This document shows, in pieces, positions 57,818-64,000 of a stretch of 64,000 nt of DNA. Under the pieces are notes generated by a model. That model worked only from the letters and a program-made list of their open reading frames with translations, made no database searches and was not told the origin of the DNA. The number at the start of each line of letters is the position of its first letter. Positions within the stretch are counted from its first letter, which is position 1. The position numbers and the translations under genes were made by a program. The stretch lies in NCBI RefSeq assembly GCF_049337375.1, contig NZ_JBMPIV010000015.1, one strand, 5' to 3'. This DNA comes from Nannocystis pusilla (lineage in GTDB: Bacteria; Myxococcota_A; Polyangia; Nannocystales; Nannocystaceae).

Positions 57818-60709
57818 ATGGTGGGTGCCCACTCGCCCGACGACAAGCGCTCCGGGCCCTCGGACCCGGACCTGCTCGCGACCACCGACACCAAGTCGCC
57901 GGCGCTGGACGTCACCGCCCGGGCCCGCCCGAGCCCGATCGAGGAGACGGCCCTCGCGGCACCTGGTCGAAGGGACAGCACGCCGCTCCACGCGGCCTCG
58001 GCGGTCGGCCTGCGCGGCGCCGCGGCCCCGCTCGAAGATTCGCTGATCCGCCAGTCGCGGCGGATCGGCCGCTACGCGATCCTGAGCGAGCTCGGCGAGG
58101 GCGGGATGGGCGTCATCCTGTCGGGCTACGACGAGGTGCTCGAGCGCCGCGTCGCCATCAAGGTCGTGCGCTCGCACCACCGCCAGGACGAGCGCCTGCA
58201 GGCCCGCCTGCTGCGCGAGGCGCAGGCGCTGGCCCGCCTGTCGCACCCCAACGTCGTCCAGGTCTACGAGGCCGGCGCGATCGGCGACGAGCTGTTCATC
58301 GCCATGGAGTTCGTCCGCGGCGTCACCCTGTCGGCCTGGCTGGAGGACCGCGAGCGCTCGCAGCAGGAGATCCTCACCGTCTTCTCGGAGGCCGGGCGGG
58401 GCCTCGCCGCGGCGCACCGCGTCGGCCTCACGCACCGCGACTTCAAGCCCGGCAACGTCCTCGTCGACCTCGAGGGCCGCGTCCGCGTGGTCGACTTCGG
58501 CCTGGCCGCGCTCGCCGAGCAGGCCGAGCGCCCCGCGGGCGACGAGCTCGTCGACGTCGGGGTCGAGCGCACCGTCTTCTTCGCCGGCACCCCGGCGTAC
58601 ATGGCCCCGGAGCAATGGCTCGGCGGACAGGTCGACGCCCGCACCGATCAGTTCAGCTTCTGCGTCGCCCTGTGGGAGGCGCTGTGGGGCTCGCGTCCGT
58701 TCTCCGGCGACACCGTCGACGAGCTGCGCGACCAGGTCCTGGTCGCCGACCTGCCCGAGCGCGTGCAGGTCGGCCCGCGCGTGGGCAAGCGGCTCTACCG
58801 GGTGCTCGCCCGCGGCCTCGCGCGCGTCCCCGACGCCCGCTACCCGAGCATGGACGCGCTGCTGGCCGACCTCGCCGGCCCGCAGGTGCGCGCGCGGCAT
58901 GCCGTGGTCGGCCTCGGCCTCGGCGCGGTGATCGGCCTGGCCGCGGCCGCGTGGAGCTTCCAGGACGAGGGCCGCTGCCTCGGCGGCGAGGCGCGCCTGG
59001 TCGGCGTGTGGGACTCGGCCCGCCGCGACGCCGCCGCCGACGCCTTCGAGGCTAGCGGGCTCGGCTTCGCCGACGAGGCGTGGACGCACGTGGCCGGCCG
59101 CCTCGACGCCCGCGCCGAGGCGCTCGTCGCCATGCACCGCGACGCCTGCGAGGCCCACGCCCGAGGCGAGCAGTCGGAGCACCTGCTCGACCTGCGCATG
59201 GCCTGTCTTTCACGACATGTCCATGAGGTCAGGGCGGTCACCGACCTGCTGGTGGCCGCCGACGCCGGCGTGGTCGAGCGGGCCGTCGACGCAGTGGCCG
59301 CGCTGCCGCCGATCGAGCGCTGCGCCGACGTCGGGCTGCTCCGCGCCGAGGTGCCGCCGCCCGCCGATCCGGCCACCGCGCTGGCCGTCGACAGCGTCCG
59401 CCGCGCGCTCGCCAACGTCGCCGCGCTCGAGCACACCGGCCGCTACGAGGCCGGCCTGCTCGGCGCCGACCAGGCCGTCGCCGCCGCCGAGGCCGCCGCC
59501 TACGCCCCGGCGGTCGCCGAGGCCCAGCTCGCGCGCGGCCGCTTGCTCGCGCTCGTCCAGCGCGACGCCGAGGCCGAGACCAGCCTGCGCGCCGCCTTCA
59601 CCACGGCCACCGCCAGCCGCCAGGACGCGGTCGCCCGCGACGCCGCGGCCGCCCTCGTCGACACCCTCAACACCCTCGGCCGCCTCGACCACGCCGAGGT
59701 CTGGCTCGAGATCGCCGGCGCCGCCCAGACGCGCGCGCCCGACGACGGCGCCGCCGCCTTGCTCGCCCTCGCCCGCAGCAAGCTGCTGTGGTCGCTCGGG
59801 CGCTACGCCGAGTCCGAGGCGCTCATCGAGCGCAGCGTCGCCGCCTACGACGCCCTCCACGGCGCCGACAACCCGGCCACCGCGCGCGCCCGCCAGTGGT
59901 TCGGCACCGCCCTGTGGGCCCGCCAGGAGTTCGACCGCGCCAAGGCTGTCCTTCCGGACAGCCGCGCCCGCCTCGAGCGCGCCTTCGGCCCCGAGCACCC
60001 CGAGGTCGCCGCGGCCCTGCGCTACGAGGGCAACCTCTACTTCGTCCTCACCGACTTCGACGCCGCGCTGGCGACCTGGCGCCGCGGCCTCGACATCATC
60101 CTCCGCACCCGCGGCGAGGACGACCCGCTGGTGGTCGTGTTCCAGGGCAACATCGCCGCCGCGCTGGCCCGCGCTCGCCGCCCGATCGACGCCGTCGCCG
60201 CCTTCGAGGCGGTCGTGCGCTCGCTCGAGCGCCGCCACGGCCCCGACCACATCGAGCTGTGCACGCAGCTCGACAACCTCGCCGCGTCGTACCTCGAGGC
60301 CGGCCAGCTCGACGCGGCGCGCGCGGTCATCGACCGCTCGCTGGCGATCCGCCGCCGCGTCCTCGGCGAGGACCACGCCGAGGTCGCGCGCTCGCTGCTG
60401 GGCCTGGGCGAGTGGGGCCTCTACGCCAGGGACTACGCGACCGCCATCCCCGCCTTCGAGCGCGCCCTGGCGATCCGCGCCGGCACCGACGTCCATACGC
60501 TCCTGCGCGGCCGCGCCGAGTACGGCCTGGCCCGCGCGCTGTGGCTGTCCGAGCGCGACCGCGTCCGTGCCCGCGCGCTCATCGATCAGTCCGTCGCCAC
60601 CTTCACCGCCCTGGGGCCCGCCGGCTCGCTCGACCTGACCGAGGCCGCCGCGTGGCGCGACGAGAACGTCACGCCGGGCGGAGCCGCGCCGGTCCAGCCG
60701 AAGCGGTGA
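57818..60709 (+). CDS. Ser/Thr protein kinase with C-terminal TPR-repeat domain
   Basis: GEGGMGVILSGYD, VAIKVVR, HRDFKPGNVLVD, DFGLA, APEQ. Transmembrane helix AVIGLAAAAW. The C-terminal ~550 aa are TPR-like. Confidence 0.85.
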   Translation: MVGAHSPDDKRSGPSDPDLLATTDTKSPALDVTARARPSPIEETALAAPGRRDSTPLHAASAVGLRGAAAPLEDSLIRQSRRIGRYAILSELGEGGMGVILSGYDEVLERRVAIKVVRSHHRQDERLQARLLREAQALARLSHPNVVQVYEAGAIGDELFIAMEFVRGVTLSAWLEDRERSQQEILTVFSEAGRGLAAAHRVGLTHRDFKPGNVLVDLEGRVRVVDFGLAALAEQAERPAGDELVDVGVERTVFFAGTPAYMAPEQWLGGQVDARTDQFSFCVALWEALWGSRPFSGDTVDELRDQVLVADLPERVQVGPRVGKRLYRVLARGLARVPDARYPSMDALLADLAGPQVRARHAVVGLGLGAVIGLAAAAWSFQDEGRCLGGEARLVGVWDSARRDAAADAFEASGLGFADEAWTHVAGRLDARAEALVAMHRDACEAHARGEQSEHLLDLRMACLSRHVHEVRAVTDLLVAADAGVVERAVDAVAALPPIERCADVGLLRAEVPPPADPATALAVDSVRRALANVAALEHTGRYEAGLLGADQAVAAAEAAAYAPAVAEAQLARGRLLALVQRDAEAETSLRAAFTTATASRQDAVARDAAAALVDTLNTLGRLDHAEVWLEIAGAAQTRAPDDGAAALLALARSKLLWSLGRYAESEALIERSVAAYDALHGADNPATARARQWFGTALWARQEFDRAKAVLPDSRARLERAFGPEHPEVAAALRYEGNLYFVLTDFDAALATWRRGLDIILRTRGEDDPLVVVFQGNIAAALARARRPIDAVAAFEAVVRSLERRHGPDHIELCTQLDNLAASYLEAGQLDAARAVIDRSLAIRRRVLGEDHAEVARSLLGLGEWGLYARDYATAIPAFERALAIRAGTDVHTLLRGRAEYGLARALWLSERDRVRARALIDQSVATFTALGPAGSLDLTEAAAWRDENVTPGGAAPVQPKR

Positions 60710-60724
60710 GGGGCTCGCTCCCGG

Positions 60725-60790
60725 TGGTTCGCTCGTACATGTTAGAATATACATGCCCATGAAGACATGTCGATAAAGGCATGTCTGAAC
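60725..60790. repeat. CATG hairpin cluster 3' of the kinase gene
   Basis: TACATGTtagaatataCATGCCCATGaaGACATGTCgataaaGGCATGTC. Confidence 0.65.
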
Positions 60791-61195
60791 GAGCAGCCGT
60801 AGCGCGGCTCCGGCCGAGCGCCTCGGCCAGCCGTCGGCGCGCAGCCTCGGCCGAGCGCACGGACGGGGCTCCACGAATTCGAGGCGCAGCGCCGCCCGTG
60901 CGCCTGGCCTGAAGAACAGGTCCGGAGAGGCACGCACGCGAGCCCGAGCGGGTGCCAAGCCGGCAGGACACTCGAGGCATGCGCGTCCGCCTGCCGACGC
61001 GCAGCTGCGGTCGCGGTCGCGGCGGCGGGACCGGGGGGTCGCGGTCGGCCGGCCACGTCCGCGAATCGCCGGCCGCCCGGGACTGAGTCGCTTCATGGCA
61101 GTCACACCGGAATAGCGACGGCTACCCGATGGGCCGCCCGCAGCGGCGCGAACATCCTCTCGCCATCGCGGGCCGGGCCGCGCTACCTTCCGCGG

Positions 61196-61939
61196 ATGCG
61201 CCACGTCATCGTCTTCGGGGCCACCTCCGCCATCGCCGCCGAGGTGTGCGCGCGCTGGGCCGCGCGCGGCGATCGGCTCCACCTCGTCGGCCGCGACGCC
61301 GACAAGCTCGCGGCCGTGGCCGCCCGCTGCGCCGGCGCCGAGGTCACCACCGGGGCGGGGGACTTCACCGACCTCGCGCGCGCCGAGGCGCTGGCGAACG
61401 AGGCCGTGGCCGCGCTCGGCGGCCGCGTCGACGTCGTCCTCGTCGCCCACGGCGACCTCGGCGATCAGCAGCGCAGCGAGCACGACGTCGCCGAGGCCGC
61501 GCGCATCGTCCAGGTCAACTTCCTCTCGGTGATCGCAGTCCTGGTCCCGCTCGCGGGCGTGCTCGAGCGCCAGCGCAGCGGCACCCTCGCGGTCATCACC
61601 TCCGTCGCCGGCGAGCGCGGCCGCCCGCGCAACTACACCTACGGCGCCGCCAAGGGGGCGCTGCACGTCTATCTGCAGGGCCTGCGCAGCCGCCTCTACC
61701 CCGCGGGCGTCAGGGTCACCACGCTCAAGCTCGGCCCGGTCGACACGCCCATGACCGTCGGCCACCCCAAGAACGCCCTGTTCGCCACGCCGCAGCGCGC
61801 CGCTAGCGACATCGACCGCGCGATCGCCCGCCGGGCCGTCGTCGCCTTCGTCCCGTGGTACTGGCGCCCGATCCTGTTCGTCGTCCGCCACACCCCCGAG
61901 CCCCTGTTCCAGCGCCTCGGCTTCCTGTCGGGCCGCTAG
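61196..61939 (+). CDS. SDR family short-chain dehydrogenase/reductase
   Basis: Cofactor-binding motif VIVFGATSAIAAEV. Catalytic motif YTYGAAK. 247 aa. Confidence 0.8.
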   Translation: MRHVIVFGATSAIAAEVCARWAARGDRLHLVGRDADKLAAVAARCAGAEVTTGAGDFTDLARAEALANEAVAALGGRVDVVLVAHGDLGDQQRSEHDVAEAARIVQVNFLSVIAVLVPLAGVLERQRSGTLAVITSVAGERGRPRNYTYGAAKGALHVYLQGLRSRLYPAGVRVTTLKLGPVDTPMTVGHPKNALFATPQRAASDIDRAIARRAVVAFVPWYWRPILFVVRHTPEPLFQRLGFLSGR

Positions 61940-61969
61940 GGGCACGGGCGAGCCGCTCGCGGCCAGGCG

Positions 61970-62040
61970 TTCGGGACATGCCTTACAGGCATGCTCTCTC
62001 GGACACGCCTTTTCGAGCATGTCCTTTCGGCCATGTCAAT
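61970..62040. repeat. CATG hairpin cluster between convergent genes
   Basis: GGGACATGCCttacaGGCATGCtctctcGGACACGCCttttcGAGCATGTCCtttcGGCCATGTC. Confidence 0.65.
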
Positions 62041-63884
62041 CAGCCGAGCTCACCCCAGCGGACGATCGTGCCGTCCTCCGAGCTGCTCCACAGCGCCCCG
62101 CCGGCCCACGTCAGCGCGCGGACCGCGTCCGTGTGGAAGCGCAGCGTCGCCAGCGTCGCGCCGTCCGACACCCGGTGCTGCACGATCGGGCCCGCAGGAT
62201 GGCCGATGAACAGCCAGCGCCCCTCGTCATCGAAGCAGATGCCGCGGTGGAGGTCCGGCTCGCCGTGTAGGTCCGGCGCCAGCTCGACGAGCGTCCCCGT
62301 GGCCACCTCGACGATCCGCGGGCGATCGACGCCGATCACGCCCACGCGCGCGCCGTCGCGGCTGATCGCCACGCTCACCGCGAGCGTCGGCAGCTCGAGC
62401 GTCAGGAGCGTCTTGTTCTTGGCGAGGCCGACCACGACCAACTGCTTGCCGACGGTGACCACCGCCGCGGTGTCGCACAGGGCGATCCGCGACCAGCGGC
62501 CCTTGAGCTTGAGGTTCTTGGCCCACTTCGTCGCTCCGAGCGCGCGCCACTGGGCGTGAACCGTCGGCTCGGTCGCGCGCGACGCCGGATAGTTGTGCGA
62601 CGTCACGCCCCAGGTCCGCCCGTCGGGCGCCAGCGCGAGCTGGCCCGCGCCTTGCTGGACCTCGAGCGACTCGCCCGGCTGGCCGGCGCCGTCGAACTGG
62701 GTGACCTTCAGCGGCCGCATGGGGTAGGGCGCGTGAAAGACCAGCAGGCGCTGCCCGTCCGCAGTCGCGGCGATGTCGTGGATCGTGCCCAGATCCAGCA
62801 GCTTCATCGCGCCGCTGCCGAGCTCGATCGTCATCACCGCCGGCAGCGAGTTGGCGGGCTGACACGACTGCATCGTCAGCGCGTCGTCGCGGACCACCAG
62901 GCGCTGCGCGCCGAGGCTGTAGTCGGTCAAGGCGGTCATCGGCTGCTCCGGCTGGTCGATGCGCCAGATCAGCACCGCCGCGGTGGCGTGATCGATGGCC
63001 GCGACGTGGGTCGAGCTCGCGGCCGCGGCCTGGCCCGCCCAGCCTGGCATCCTTCCGGTGGCGGACTCGAGTTCGGCGGTGAACACCACCCGCTGCTCCG
63101 CGACGTCCCACACCTGCACCGCACCCAGCTCGGCGAAGAGGGTGAGGCGGCTGCGGTCGTACGCGATCGTCCCGCCGCTGGCCCGCTCGGGCAGGTTCTC
63201 CAGCCGCTCGATCGCCCCGTCGACGAACGCCGCCCGTTCACCGCCCTCGCCGATCAGTCCGCGCGCGTCGGCGAAGAACGGCTGGAAGCCGGCGACGAAC
63301 GGCGAGTCGTCGAGCGCCTCGATCCTCCCGTCGGGGTGAATCGCCGCGACCGCGTCGTCACGAAGATAAATCATTCCGTCGGGGCGCACGGCCAGGCACC
63401 TCGCGTCCGCGAGCTCCGGCGGCAGCGCCACTTCTCCCAGCGGCGCCCCCGTCATCGCATCGACGGAGCACAACGCCACCGGCGTGCCCTCGCGGCGCCA
63501 CACCAGCCGCGCGCCGTCGGGCGAGAGGGCGCCGCGGAAGGATTCGCCGAAGCGGTCGCTCGCCAGCACCTCGACCACGCGCCCGGTCGCCGGCCACACG
63601 CGCACGACGACGCGACCACTCGAACCGTGGGCCCACGCGAGCACCGACTCGCCGTCGGGGTGCGCGACCATCCACCACACGCCGACGACCTCGACCCTGG
63701 CCCGCGGCGGCGACGGTGCGGCCGGATCGTGGAGCGTGATCCCGTGGCTGCCGCCGACCACCAGCGAGCCGTCGGCGAGGAACGCCAGCGCGTGCGGCTT
63801 GCCGGCGAAGATCCGCAGCGACGGCGCGCGCGGGGCAGCGGGGAGGTGGGTGATCGGGGCCGAGGGAGACGGGGTCCAGCGCAT
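62040..63884 (-). CDS. WD40-like / beta-propeller repeat protein
   Basis: 614 aa from MRWTPSP. Repeated W-containing blades (VVRVW, VQVWDV, VLIWRI, ALWSSSEDGTIVRW). The upstream ORF extension is rejected on composition. Confidence 0.55.
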   Translation of the reverse strand: MRWTPSPSAPITHLPAAPRAPSLRIFAGKPHALAFLADGSLVVGGSHGITLHDPAAPSPPRARVEVVGVWWMVAHPDGESVLAWAHGSSGRVVVRVWPATGRVVEVLASDRFGESFRGALSPDGARLVWRREGTPVALCSVDAMTGAPLGEVALPPELADARCLAVRPDGMIYLRDDAVAAIHPDGRIEALDDSPFVAGFQPFFADARGLIGEGGERAAFVDGAIERLENLPERASGGTIAYDRSRLTLFAELGAVQVWDVAEQRVVFTAELESATGRMPGWAGQAAAASSTHVAAIDHATAAVLIWRIDQPEQPMTALTDYSLGAQRLVVRDDALTMQSCQPANSLPAVMTIELGSGAMKLLDLGTIHDIAATADGQRLLVFHAPYPMRPLKVTQFDGAGQPGESLEVQQGAGQLALAPDGRTWGVTSHNYPASRATEPTVHAQWRALGATKWAKNLKLKGRWSRIALCDTAAVVTVGKQLVVVGLAKNKTLLTLELPTLAVSVAISRDGARVGVIGVDRPRIVEVATGTLVELAPDLHGEPDLHRGICFDDEGRWLFIGHPAGPIVQHRVSDGATLATLRFHTDAVRALTWAGGALWSSSEDGTIVRWGELG

Positions 63885-64000
63885 GGGGGTGCGACCTCGA
63901 TAGCAGCGCGCGGGTCGCGTCCGCAAGCGCCGTCCGGATCGCCGGAGCGTCGGGTGGCTCCCTCCTATGACCGAAAAGACAGGTGGAAGGACCTTCGCCT

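Overview
This is a 64 kb window of very high-GC DNA (about 70% by eye). The gene content looks myxobacterial (Myxococcota-like): multiple eukaryotic-like Ser/Thr kinases fused to WD40 or TPR domains, an ECF sigma factor, a TAT-signal DUF1552 / DUF1592-family cytochrome-like pair, many lipobox lipoproteins, Cys-rich repeats, and pervasive long spurious antisense ORFs typical of GC-rich genomes. About 50 genes are supported.

Main gene blocks, in order:
- 1-4653: the tail of an aryl-polyene/flexirubin-like export module (aromatic amino-acid ammonia-lyase C-terminus, hotdog thioesterase, LolA-like, MMPL exporter, DUF3261 lipoprotein).
- 5593-7391 (- strand): an operon hypothetical - TPR - hypothetical.
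- 7485-10367: a BatA-like double-VWA membrane protein.
- 10790-15277: two tandem glycine-rich lipoprotein paralogs, followed by two alpha/beta hydrolases.
- 16929-18263: an FAD monooxygenase.
- 19063-24791: a Thr-codon leader peptide with an intrinsic terminator, upstream of an N-terminally truncated threonyl-tRNA synthetase paralog, an O-methyltransferase and an M16 peptidase pair.
- 24987-30867: an OmpA-like protein, a PAS hybrid histidine kinase, a Leu/Phe/Val dehydrogenase and a DUF4259 protein.
- 30971-38354: a full-length bacterial major vault protein homolog, immediately followed by a radical-SAM/SPASM enzyme, a zinc-ribbon membrane protein with acidic STYAGPDEEW repeats, and a large HTTM-like (gamma-carboxylase-like) membrane protein.
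- 38936-50795: a ParA-like ATPase-TPR fusion, a GFA family protein, the DUF1552 / DUF1592-family pair, msrB, rsgA, a WG-repeat protein and an ECF sigma factor.
- 50869-63884: two Ser/Thr kinases, a diheme-motif lipoprotein, an SDR, and a WD40-like protein.

Superimposed on the genes is a dispersed family of short CATG-centred palindromic hairpins (GGRCATGYCC / GACAGGTC units, often with a GAAAAG or GAAGAG spacer). They cluster at 3' ends of genes in arrays of 2 to 8 copies. The same motif also sits in-frame inside several ORFs, where it coincides with islands of rare codons.

No rRNA, tRNA, CRISPR-cas, transposase or integrase was found. Coordinates I derived myself (internal starts, motif positions) may be off by a base or two; ORF ends are taken from the supplied track.
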